A stretch of DNA of 64,000 bases from Actinomycetota bacterium (lineage in GTDB: Bacteria > Actinomycetota > Acidimicrobiia > Actinomarinales > Actinomarinaceae), in NCBI GenBank assembly GCA_014239265.1, contig JAAZZH010000002.1:49554-113553 (forward strand). Reading direction: 5' to 3'. The stretch's first letter is position 1. Every line of letters starts with the position of its first letter. A program made the position numbers and the translations under genes. Positions 7,227 to 16,172 of this stretch are shown here, piece after piece. The notes under the pieces were generated by a model. It saw nothing but the letters and a program-made list of their open reading frames with translations, was not told where the DNA came from and ran no database searches.

Positions 7227-8735
7227 ATGTTATTCAAAGCAATATTCGCAGGGATATTATATTTTTTAAGCTTCCCTCCATTCGACTACTGGTATTTAAT
7301 ATTTCCTGCAATCTATTATTTCTACAGTTCGATAATTCAAATTGAAAAAGTATTCACGAAAGGGTTTATTTTTGGAAGCATTGCTTATGGGGTAATTTTA
7401 TTTGGAATTCAATCAATTGGGTATGAGGCATGGGTTCCTTTAACAATTCTTATGGGTTTGATGTACGGCTTATTCAGTAAGTTACTTGCTTTCATAGGTA
7501 CAAAAACTAATTATAATTTATTCGCTTTAATTGGAGTAATAAGCGGTTTTGGATTATTAAGATCTTACTTCCCCTTTGGAGGCTTTCCATGGGGGTACTC
7601 TTCAACAGTTTTATTAACTGGATATCAAGATAATATCTTCTTTTACTTCGTTCCTAAGATTTTCAAAACATTTGGACCGATTGGATACTCCTTACTAATA
7701 GAGAGTCTTATATTATTTTTATATCTTTTAATTAGAAATAGAAACAATTCAAGTGTTGAGCTAAAGAGACTCCCCATATTATTAGTTTTCCTAATTGTTC
7801 CTTTAGTCTTTACAACATTATCAACAGTTGATTCTCCCATCAAAGAAATTGAAGTCTCAATTATTCAGGGTAATAGTCCCTGCCCTGGTGCAAAGAATAA
7901 ATGTGAAGATGAGAGGCAACGGATTTATGATAATCATCTCTTACTTACCAAATCTTTAGAGAGTAAACCAAAATTTAAAGATGAAATCCCAAGGCTTATA
8001 CTCTGGGCTGAAAGTTCTAGTGGGTTTAAAAATGATCCAAAGAATAATGCCGAGACACTAAAAGAGATAATTTCTGAAGTAGAAAGACTTAATGCAGCAA
8101 TTTTAATTGGAGGAGATAGGCCATCCGCTCCGGGTGAATTCGAGAATTATGGAATCTTTATAAATGAAAATGGAAAAATTGGTGGAGAATACTTAAAGCA
8201 GCATCCTGTACCATTTGGAGAATATATTCCTTTTCGAAAATACTTAGATTGGATACCTCCTCTTTCTCTTGTCCCCAGGGATATGGTTCGAGGTACTCAA
8301 CAAGAAGTTTTCTCGACTAATAAAAATGATATTAAAATTTCCACAGTAATTTCTTTTGAGGGTTCTTTTGACAGATATATAAGAAATAGTGTTATTCAAG
8401 GAGCAGAGGTTGTTGTAATCTTAACAAATCAGGCAAGCTATGGAAAGAGTGGAATGTCAGACCAATTTATATTGATGTCTAGAGCTAATGCAATCTCAAA
8501 TAATAGAGATATTGCTCATGCCGCAATAACAGGAAAATCTGCCTTTATAAGTGGAATTGATGGAGAAATTTACAGTTCAACAGGTCTTTTTATGGATGCA
8601 GTATTAACTGAAAAAATTAAAACTTCAAATACCGTAACACTTTATACAAGATGGGGGAATTATTTAAATTATCTATTAATTCTTTTTGGAATTCTCAGTC
8701 TCTTTTGGCCAAAGAACACTCTAAAGAAAAATTAG
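7227..8735 (+). CDS. lnt: Apolipoprotein N-acyltransferase homolog (CN-hydrolase domain), with Ser at the catalytic Cys position
   Basis: N-terminal multi-TM region plus C-terminal nitrilase-type domain with Glu (LILWAESS) and Lys (YLKQHPVPFGEYIP) motifs. The expected ..C(F/Y)E.. nucleophile motif reads VISFEG (codon TCT). Confidence 0.75.
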   Translation: MLFKAIFAGILYFLSFPPFDYWYLIFPAIYYFYSSIIQIEKVFTKGFIFGSIAYGVILFGIQSIGYEAWVPLTILMGLMYGLFSKLLAFIGTKTNYNLFALIGVISGFGLLRSYFPFGGFPWGYSSTVLLTGYQDNIFFYFVPKIFKTFGPIGYSLLIESLILFLYLLIRNRNNSSVELKRLPILLVFLIVPLVFTTLSTVDSPIKEIEVSIIQGNSPCPGAKNKCEDERQRIYDNHLLLTKSLESKPKFKDEIPRLILWAESSSGFKNDPKNNAETLKEIISEVERLNAAILIGGDRPSAPGEFENYGIFINENGKIGGEYLKQHPVPFGEYIPFRKYLDWIPPLSLVPRDMVRGTQQEVFSTNKNDIKISTVISFEGSFDRYIRNSVIQGAEVVVILTNQASYGKSGMSDQFILMSRANAISNNRDIAHAAITGKSAFISGIDGEIYSSTGLFMDAVLTEKIKTSNTVTLYTRWGNYLNYLLILFGILSLFWPKNTLKKN

Positions 8736-8794
8736 AAAAGTTTTTTATAAAATTTAAGAAAACTTTTTTCCCATTTCTTTTCTCGAAAAATAAT

Positions 8795-10006
8795 TTATAT
8801 TTCCGAATCAATTATTGGTAAACCTCTTGCGGCAGCAGCCTCCACAGTACCATCCTGAAAAGCTCTGAGTCCAAATTTTGGCAATACTGCAAATATATGG
8901 TCAAATATATCAGATTGTATACCTTCATACTCAACCCAATCAATTGTATTTGTAAAAGTATATAACTCTACAGGAACTCCAGTGGAAGTTGGCGATAGTT
9001 GTCTCACTAATAAAGTCATAGTTTCTGTGTTGAGACCATCATGATTTTGTAAATATTTAACAAGATATGCCCTAAAAGTTCCAAGGTTAGTAAGTTTTCT
9101 TTTTTCTTTTTCTTCATCAACTGAAGAGTTGAATTCTTCAATATCTTTTATTTTTGTAGAGAGATATTTATTTACAGTAGAGATTTTCATTAGCTTATCA
9201 ATATCTTTTTGCTCCATAAACCTAACGCTTGATATATCAATGGAGATAGATCTTTTAATTCTTCTTCCTCCATATTCTGACATTCCTCGCCAGTTTTTTA
9301 CAGATGTGGTTACGATTTTTGAAGTAGGAATTGTTGTAATTGTTTTATCCCAGTTCTGAACTTTAACTGTATGTAAGGCAATATCTATAACATCTCCATC
9401 AGCCCCATATTCTGGTACCTCAATCCAGTCCCCATTATTAATTATGTTATTCTGGCCAATTTGTACCGATGCTATAAATGATAAGATTGTGTCCTGGAAA
9501 ACCAACAATAGAACTGCTGTAAGGGCACCTAAACCACTTATATAATAACTAACTGGTTGGCCAGTCATTATTGCAAAAATGATTATGAACATGAATGAGT
9601 TAACTACAATTTTAACAATCTGAACATAGCCTTTAATTGGTCTATTTTTCAATGAGTTAATATTTTCCGAAACCTTATTTAATACATTCAACATTTCGAG
9701 CAGAGTAAGGCCAACGAATAATGTTAAGAGTGCACTAGAGACTCTTTTAGAAATTTCAGTATTAAGTATTTCTAAATTGAATTGGGGTGTCGCAATTAAA
9801 AAATTAAATAAAACGAAAACGAATACATATGAAACTCTATTTAAAAATTTTTTATCTAAAAATAGGTCGTCTATATAGGTAGTTGTTTTGCTTGCTCCAC
9901 GTTTAATAATTGGAAAAACTATTGATCTAAGTATCAAGTAAGAAGCAATAAGAATTCCAATTAAATAGGCAAGTGTAGGTAAATCAGATGCTGTTAAATT
10001 ATTCAT
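8795..10006 (-). CDS. Mechanosensitive ion channel, MscS family
   Basis: 403 aa. N-terminal TM helices followed by the MscS beta-domain signature region (ILSFIASVQIGQNNIINNGDWIEV...GDVIDIALHTVKVQNWDKTITTIPTSKI). Confidence 0.75.
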   Translation of the reverse strand: MNNLTASDLPTLAYLIGILIASYLILRSIVFPIIKRGASKTTTYIDDLFLDKKFLNRVSYVFVFVLFNFLIATPQFNLEILNTEISKRVSSALLTLFVGLTLLEMLNVLNKVSENINSLKNRPIKGYVQIVKIVVNSFMFIIIFAIMTGQPVSYYISGLGALTAVLLLVFQDTILSFIASVQIGQNNIINNGDWIEVPEYGADGDVIDIALHTVKVQNWDKTITTIPTSKIVTTSVKNWRGMSEYGGRRIKRSISIDISSVRFMEQKDIDKLMKISTVNKYLSTKIKDIEEFNSSVDEEKEKRKLTNLGTFRAYLVKYLQNHDGLNTETMTLLVRQLSPTSTGVPVELYTFTNTIDWVEYEGIQSDIFDHIFAVLPKFGLRAFQDGTVEAAAARGLPIIDSEI

Positions 10007-10020
10007 ATCTTAATCCTACT

Positions 10021-10761
10021 CTAAAACCCTTTTTGTTGACTTTTCCATGGGGCAGGTACGTCGTTAATAAATTCTTCAACACTCGGACCACCTAGAGATT
10101 GAAGTTTATTTTGCCCAATGATATAGGTAATGACCAACAAAATTAATGTCGTCTGATTTGAGGATAAAAGCTTAATAGTGACAAGTATTTCAGGTGAGTT
10201 GAAAAAAATTATTTGTATTCCACCCTTTAGAGACAAGTATAAAGTCCAAATAATTGCAACTCTTGTATAAGCAGGACGAACAAGTTCATGAAGGTACCAC
10301 TCCTGAGGCCATTTTCTGATTGCTTTAGAACTATAAATAGTAAATGGTTTTTTAATCACTATTGAAGCAAAACCAACAACAGCAATAGCAATATCTCTAA
10401 CAATTCCAGGAATAAAAAAACCAGAGGCACTTCCTTGAACTCTCGCTAGGAGAAGCGCTACTAAGGTCCCAATTAATCCGTAAAAAACAAATTTTAAATT
10501 TTGTTTTCTTAAAAGCCGATATAGAAATAAAAGTAATAGCAAAATACCTGTAAATAAGATTGCGTGATTAAGAGTTGTAAAATTATTAATCACTACAAAA
10601 AAGAGCGGAGCAATTACCGAATCAAAGACTCCTTCTTGGTTAAAGTTTAATTCTTTTAACTCTTCTTTAATTTCTAAATATTTTTTATAAAACTTTTTCA
10701 ATTTATTTGAACTTATTATTGAAAGACATTTTATCATTTTCAATTGAAGTTTCGTTTTCAA
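10021..10761 (-). CDS. Integral membrane protein, DUF3159-like (actinobacterial)
   Basis: 246 aa ORF with about 5-6 hydrophobic helices; family assignment is from memory. Both ATG candidates (10761, 10737) overlap the 3' end of purB, so the start is uncertain. Confidence 0.45.
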   Translation of the reverse strand: MKTKLQLKMIKCLSIISSNKLKKFYKKYLEIKEELKELNFNQEGVFDSVIAPLFFVVINNFTTLNHAILFTGILLLLLFLYRLLRKQNLKFVFYGLIGTLVALLLARVQGSASGFFIPGIVRDIAIAVVGFASIVIKKPFTIYSSKAIRKWPQEWYLHELVRPAYTRVAIIWTLYLSLKGGIQIIFFNSPEILVTIKLLSSNQTTLILLVITYIIGQNKLQSLGGPSVEEFINDVPAPWKSQQKGF

Positions 10762-11977
10762 TAAAATCTGTAATTAAATTTACTTCAACCTTAAATGTTT
10801 CAGATAACTTATTTACCATATCTTTGGTTGAAAAATTTTTAAACGTCAGTTCTTGAATAGATCTATATGCTTCATCTCTATCTATATCATTCTTTACTAA
10901 GGCTGAAAGAATTTTTTGACTACTTAACTTATCTTCGGCATCATTTAGATTTTTTTCTATAGCTTTATAGTTTATGTGAAGACCATCAAAAATTTCTATT
11001 AAATCTTTCGTTATAAAACAAAGTAAGTTGAAAGCATCTGGAAGGATAATTCTTTCCACAGAGGAATTAGAAATATCTCGTTCATGCCAAAGAACTATGT
11101 TTTCCATACTACTTAAGGCGTAACCCCTAACAACTCTTGCTAATCCAGTAATCCTTTCACTTGTTATTGGATTTTTTTTGTGAGGCATAGCTGATGAACC
11201 TTTCTGGCCATCCTTGAAAGGTTCACTTAGCTCCGAAACCTCTGATCGCTGGTAACCCCTAATATTTGTTGCAACTCTTTCAAAACTACTAGCAAGGATT
11301 GCAAGACTCGTCACAACTTCTGCATATCTGTCTCTTGCAACGATCTGACTAGCAAAGATTTCAGGTTTTAGTCCAAGTTTATTCAGAGTTAGTTTTTCAA
11401 TATTTTCATCTACGACAGTGTGATTCCCAACAGGCCCACTTAGTTTACCTATAGCAATAGTTTCTACACACCCTTCTAAGCGCTCCTTATTTCTTTTTAT
11501 TTCGTGGTGCCAATTACCAAATATATTTCCTAAAAAAGTTGTTTCAGCGAACACCCCGTGAGTTCTACCAACTACAGGTGTATTCATCTCTTGCTTTGCC
11601 TTAGCCTCAATCTGTATTAAAAGTTCATCTAGTAATCCAATAGTTACAGATAAAGAATTTTTTATTAATAAGCTATTTGCAGTGTCAACTACATCAGAAC
11701 TAGTAAGCCCATAGTGAATCCAATTTGAATTATCACCAACTTTAGATTGAAGTATGTCTACAAAGGATGCTAGATCGTGATTTGTGATTTTCTCTCTATC
11801 GTAAACCTCTTCCTTTAAAACTTCAGTTTTTTCAATGATTGAAGAAATACCACCAGGAGAAATATTGTTTTCTTCAAGAGTCTCAAGGTATCTTTGCTCT
11901 ACAAGCTTCCATGTATCAAATTTGTTTTGATCATTCCAAATTTTTTCAATTTCGGGGTATTGGTATCTTTCAATCAT
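10703..11977 (-). CDS. purB: Adenylosuccinate lyase
   Basis: 424 aa. Fumarate-lyase signature GSSAMPHKKNP and overall PurB-like sequence. Overlaps purA by 8 nt. Confidence 0.95.
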   Translation of the reverse strand: MIERYQYPEIEKIWNDQNKFDTWKLVEQRYLETLEENNISPGGISSIIEKTEVLKEEVYDREKITNHDLASFVDILQSKVGDNSNWIHYGLTSSDVVDTANSLLIKNSLSVTIGLLDELLIQIEAKAKQEMNTPVVGRTHGVFAETTFLGNIFGNWHHEIKRNKERLEGCVETIAIGKLSGPVGNHTVVDENIEKLTLNKLGLKPEIFASQIVARDRYAEVVTSLAILASSFERVATNIRGYQRSEVSELSEPFKDGQKGSSAMPHKKNPITSERITGLARVVRGYALSSMENIVLWHERDISNSSVERIILPDAFNLLCFITKDLIEIFDGLHINYKAIEKNLNDAEDKLSSQKILSALVKNDIDRDEAYRSIQELTFKNFSTKDMVNKLSETFKVEVNLITDFIENETSIENDKMSFNNKFK

Positions 11978-13250
11978 CAGTGATAACTATATTTTGATTC
12001 CTTTCGGGTCCAACAGATATAAAAGTTATTGGAATTTGAATATATTCTTCAATAGCATTTATATATTTTTTAGCATTCTCGGGTAAGTCATTAAATTTTT
12101 TCACTGAAGTGATATCCTCACTCCAACCTTCAAAAGTATCATAAATTGGTTGAGCATCATAAAGCATATTTTGTTCATATGGATAATCATTAATTATTTC
12201 ATCTCCATTTTTATAACCAATTCCAAGTTTTAATTCTTCAAGCCCTGAAAGGACATCTAGTTTTGTAATAAATAATTCACTCAAAGAGTTAACCCTTACT
12301 GAATATTTTAAAGAAATTAGGTCAAGCCAGCCACACCTCCTTCTTCTACCTGTGACTACTCCAAACTCGGCTCCCTTTTCAATTAAGTATTCACCAATTT
12401 CATTTTTTTGCTCAGTTATAAAGGGACCACTTCCAACACGAGAAATATAAGCTTTAGTAACACCAACAATTTTATCTAAATTCAGCGGTCCAATACCAGA
12501 CCCTGTGGCTGCATTACCCGATGATGTATTTGAACTTGTAACAAAAGGATATGTTCCATGATCGATATCAAGTAAAGTTCCTTGAGCTCCTTCAAATAAA
12601 ATATTTTTATTTGCTTTTATTGCATCGGATATCATTAAAGAAGTATCTTTTACATGATTGTTAACAATATCTTTGTAGATTTTAAATTCATTAATTATTT
12701 CCTCAGGATCTAGAGGGTCTTTGTTATAGATTTTTGTTAAGATTTGATTCTTTTCTTTCACATTTATTTTCACCTTTTGTGCAAAGATCTCATCATTTAG
12801 TAAATCTTGTACTCTAATACCGTTTCTTTGAATTTTGTCGGCATAACAAGGTCCAATACCTTTTTTTGTTGTTCCAATTTTGTTTTCTCCTAAGCTCTCC
12901 TCAATAAGCTCATCAAGTAATTTGTGATAGGGCATAATTAGGTGTGCATTTGGAGAGATGGCTAATTTCTGTGTACTTACATTTTTGGAGTTAAGCATTG
13001 CAAGCTCTTGTTTTAGAAAGCCTAGGTCCACTACGCAACCTGATCCAATTACAGGTACACAATCAGGATATAAGACTCCAGAAGGAGTTAAAGAAAGTGC
13101 AAGTTTTTCATTCCCAACGACAATAGTGTGTCCAGCATTGTTTCCACCTTGAAATCTAACAACATAATCGGCTGAGGAAGCAAAAAAATCTGTGACTTTA
13201 CCCTTACCCTCATCTCCCCATTGGGCTCCGAGAACTACAGTGGCAGTCAT
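11970..13250 (-). CDS. purA: Adenylosuccinate synthetase
   Basis: 426 aa. P-loop GAQWGDEGKGK, GGNNAGHT and TTKKGIGP motifs. Confidence 0.95.
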   Translation of the reverse strand: MTATVVLGAQWGDEGKGKVTDFFASSADYVVRFQGGNNAGHTIVVGNEKLALSLTPSGVLYPDCVPVIGSGCVVDLGFLKQELAMLNSKNVSTQKLAISPNAHLIMPYHKLLDELIEESLGENKIGTTKKGIGPCYADKIQRNGIRVQDLLNDEIFAQKVKINVKEKNQILTKIYNKDPLDPEEIINEFKIYKDIVNNHVKDTSLMISDAIKANKNILFEGAQGTLLDIDHGTYPFVTSSNTSSGNAATGSGIGPLNLDKIVGVTKAYISRVGSGPFITEQKNEIGEYLIEKGAEFGVVTGRRRRCGWLDLISLKYSVRVNSLSELFITKLDVLSGLEELKLGIGYKNGDEIINDYPYEQNMLYDAQPIYDTFEGWSEDITSVKKFNDLPENAKKYINAIEEYIQIPITFISVGPERNQNIVITDD

Positions 13251-13400
13251 TTGAACTCCTTATGTACAACTTCAAATTTTAATGGTTATTTTTATTTATC
13301 TTTACTGATTTGTTAGTCATTTAGAAAATAATTGCAACTATTTATACATTAAATGAATATTTAGACTTATTAAGAGAAATTTCTATTACTATATTTAGAT

Positions 13401-13427
13401 TAGATTACTTTGCAATGAAGTAGTCTA
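13401..13427 (+). promoter_or_regulatory. 5'-UTR stem-loop upstream of the amino-acid binding-protein gene
   Basis: TAGATTACTT / AAGTAGTCTA, 10 bp including one G-U, with a 7-nt loop TGCAATG. Sits 22 nt upstream of the TTG start and just 5' of the AAAGGAGAAA Shine-Dalgarno. Confidence 0.3.
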
Positions 13428-13449
13428 CTTTTAATTAAAAGGAGAAACA

Positions 13450-14514
13450 TTGAATAAAAAAACAATCGTATCTCTGCTTGTACTCGCATTAGTAGCTGTA
13501 GCTTGCGCTACGGATACTACAGAAGATGCGGCAGTAGAAGTAGTTGTTGAAAAAACAACTCTTGAAACAGTTACCGACAGAGGATTCCTCAAGTGTGGTG
13601 TTTCAGGTTCTGCTGTAGCGTTCTCAGAGACTCAAGCCGACGGTTCTGTAACCGGTATTGATGCAGACTACTGTTATGCAGTAGCAGCAGCAGTATTCGG
13701 GGATTACAGTAAAGTTGAGTTCACTGCTTTGACAGCTGCTGAAAGATTTACAGCATTGTCAGCCGGTGAAGTTGACCTCTTAATAAGAAACACAACATGG
13801 ACACAATCTCGTGATACCGACCTAGGTAACGATTTTGGACCAACAACTTATTATGATGGACAACAGTTAATGGGTAGAAATTCCGACGGACTTTCAGGCT
13901 CATCATCTCTTGCTGATATCGACGGTTTAAGAGTTTGTACAAATGCTGGAACAACAACAGAGAAAAACATTACTGAAGGAGCAGGTCTTGTAGGAGCAAC
14001 TATAGAGCTTGTAACAGTTGAAGCATTCCCAGAAGCTATGGAGAAATTCAAAGCTGGAGAATGTGATCTTGTAACTACAGATGGTTCCGGTCTTGTTGGT
14101 AACAGAGCTAAAGAGGATAAGATGAATGACTGGGCAATTTTCCCAGCTACACCAATCTCTAAAGAACCTCTTGGACCTGTTTATCGTTCAAACGATAGCC
14201 AATGGGCAGACATTGTTAACTGGACAGTATATGCTACATTCATCGCTGATGAATATGGTGTAACACGTGCAAACATCGATTCATTTGACTATGAGGCTAA
14301 TCCAGAAATGGGACGTCTTACAGGAAAAAATGATGGTGAACTTCAAACAAGCATGGGCTTAAGTGCAGATGCTTACTATAACGTTATCAAGCAAGTTGGT
14401 AACTACGACGAGATTTATTCAAAGAACTTAAATCCAGTCGGACTTTATAGAGAAGGTTCAGCTAACGCACCTTGGACAGATGGCGGATTAATTTACGCAC
14501 CACCTGCAAGGTAA
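13450..14514 (+). CDS. General L-amino-acid ABC transporter substrate-binding lipoprotein (AapJ/BztA-like)
   Basis: 354 aa. Signal peptide with lipobox (LVAVAC), family-3 SBP fold motifs (GVSGSAVAFSE, DLLIRNTTWT). Followed by two permeases and an ATPase. Codon usage is visibly less AT-biased than the neighbours. Confidence 0.85.
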   Translation: MNKKTIVSLLVLALVAVACATDTTEDAAVEVVVEKTTLETVTDRGFLKCGVSGSAVAFSETQADGSVTGIDADYCYAVAAAVFGDYSKVEFTALTAAERFTALSAGEVDLLIRNTTWTQSRDTDLGNDFGPTTYYDGQQLMGRNSDGLSGSSSLADIDGLRVCTNAGTTTEKNITEGAGLVGATIELVTVEAFPEAMEKFKAGECDLVTTDGSGLVGNRAKEDKMNDWAIFPATPISKEPLGPVYRSNDSQWADIVNWTVYATFIADEYGVTRANIDSFDYEANPEMGRLTGKNDGELQTSMGLSADAYYNVIKQVGNYDEIYSKNLNPVGLYREGSANAPWTDGGLIYAPPAR

Positions 14515-14530
14515 AAACTTAAATGTTTTA

Positions 14531-14559
14531 AAAAAGGGGTCTCAGGACCCCTTTTTTTT
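14531..14559 (+). terminator. Rho-independent terminator/attenuator after the binding-protein gene
   Basis: AAAAAGGGGTC-TCAG-GACCCCTTTTTTTT: GC-rich 6-bp stem (extendable through the A/T flanks), 4-nt loop, 8-T run. Starts 17 nt after the stop codon. Confidence 0.8.
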
Positions 14560-14633
14560 ATTCTTTGAAAACTGCCTAGAAATGTAGTTACTCGGGTGCT
14601 ATCCTTTTCTAATACTGATGACTGAAAAAAAAT

Positions 14634-16172
14634 ATGAAATTTAACAAAGCTTTTTGGAGAGATGTACGATTTCTAAAATGGGCAGGACAGATTGCTTTTT
14701 TGCTCTTTCTTTTTAACTTAATTAGTAATTTTGTATCTCAAGCAATTGAAAACCTAAATGCAACTAACTTGCCCTTTTCTTGGAGATTTCTTGGTACTAC
14801 TCCCGGTGTTCTTATTTCCGAAGGCTTTGTAACATATCCCGAGTCAGGTTTACAGGCTTTACAGGTTGGAATGGCTAATATGTTACGTATTGCTATATCT
14901 GGTATTTTTGTAGCAACTATTCTTGGTACAGTAATTGGTGTTGCACGACTTTCTAAAAACTGGGTTGTACAAAGATCATCTTCAGGACTTGTGGAAACAG
15001 TTAGGAATATACCTTTATTAGTACAGATATTTTTTTGGCAAGCTGTCATTTTATCTTTCCCAAGACCAGAAGAGTATGACCGTGGAGAAATGATATTTGA
15101 TATTAGTGCAAAGGGTATAGCTTTTCCTTGGCTTGATGCTCAGGAAAGTAGCTGGTTATTTGGTGTTTGGTTTATTTTATCTTTCATTGCAGCCAGGAGA
15201 ATTTTTAAATGGAGGGTTTCTGTAATGGAGTCTGAAGGAAGAGAAGCTTATCCAGGCATAGCCTCATTTATAACATTTATATTATGGAACGTTGCAGGAT
15301 GGTTTGGCGGTTATAAAGCTGTAGGAGTTATAGGTTTTGCAGCATCACTGTTATCCGATGGTTTTGAATTATTACCCAGAATTGGAATTCAGTCGCTAAT
15401 AATATTTATCGGCTTTTATTATTCATATAAATACATTTCAAAGGAAATTAAAAGAACAAGAAGTGCAGAAAACAGAGGAATTCTTACAGATGATGACATT
15501 TTTAAAATTATCATGGCGGGGTTACTAGTTCTAATCCTTGCAATAGGTCTATTCCTGCCTTTCGGTATTACGATTTCAGATTTTCTTGTAGGAGATGAAC
15601 CTTTCTTTAAAGCAGATTGGGGAATACCACAATTTCTAGATGGTGTTCAAAATAGACTTAACTGGGAACTTACTGGAGAACCATTTACGTTAAGTTATCC
15701 AGAAATAATACAAGCTGGACAATCAAAATTTAGTAGGTATTCACCCGATGTAGGAAAAGTGATGAGCGTAGGCTACTTTGCAACATGGATGGGTGTAATC
15801 ATCTATACTTCAGTTTTTATTTCAGAAGTTGTAAGATCTGGAATCATGGCAGTTGCAAAAGGCCAATCAGAAGCTGGATTATCATTGGGCTTAAAAAGAA
15901 GCACACTTTTAAGGTTAATTGTATTACCTCAGGCACTTAGGATTATGTTGCCACCAATGGGAAATCAATACCTTAATCTAGCTAAGAATACATCATTAGG
16001 AATTGCTGTAGCATTTCCCGAGATTGTTGCTGTTGGGCAAACTATATATAACCAAGAAGGTCAAACAGTAGCTGTTTTCTTAATATGGATGGCCTTCTAC
16101 TCAACAGTAAGTCTTGTCTTATCCTCAATAATTAATTATTACAATAGAAAAATGAAGATGGTGGAAAGGTAA
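14634..16172 (+). CDS. Amino-acid ABC transporter permease (AapQ/BztB-like)
   Basis: 512 aa. C-terminal His/Glu/Gln/Arg-type permease domain (EAGLSLGLKRSTLLRLIVLPQALRIMLPPMGNQYLNLAKNTSL) preceded by extra TM helices. Confidence 0.8.
   Translation: MKFNKAFWRDVRFLKWAGQIAFLLFLFNLISNFVSQAIENLNATNLPFSWRFLGTTPGVLISEGFVTYPESGLQALQVGMANMLRIAISGIFVATILGTVIGVARLSKNWVVQRSSSGLVETVRNIPLLVQIFFWQAVILSFPRPEEYDRGEMIFDISAKGIAFPWLDAQESSWLFGVWFILSFIAARRIFKWRVSVMESEGREAYPGIASFITFILWNVAGWFGGYKAVGVIGFAASLLSDGFELLPRIGIQSLIIFIGFYYSYKYISKEIKRTRSAENRGILTDDDIFKIIMAGLLVLILAIGLFLPFGITISDFLVGDEPFFKADWGIPQFLDGVQNRLNWELTGEPFTLSYPEIIQAGQSKFSRYSPDVGKVMSVGYFATWMGVIIYTSVFISEVVRSGIMAVAKGQSEAGLSLGLKRSTLLRLIVLPQALRIMLPPMGNQYLNLAKNTSLGIAVAFPEIVAVGQTIYNQEGQTVAVFLIWMAFYSTVSLVLSSIINYYNRKMKMVER

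Noticed and set aside
8736-8767. AT-only hairpin AAAAGTTTT...AAAACTTTT between the convergent lnt and mscS-like genes as a bidirectional terminator; also the 12-bp palindrome ACTATATATAGT at 55736..55747 between ctaC and ctaB.
   Set aside because: These are pure A/T stems or palindromes in AT-rich intergenic DNA. They are expected by chance and thermodynamically weak, so they are not reportable as features without folding or conservation data.
13450-14514. Higher apparent G+C of the binding-protein gene as evidence of horizontal transfer.
   Set aside because: The gene is embedded in its cognate ABC operon, and the shift looks like expression-linked codon bias. There are no flanking mobility signatures.
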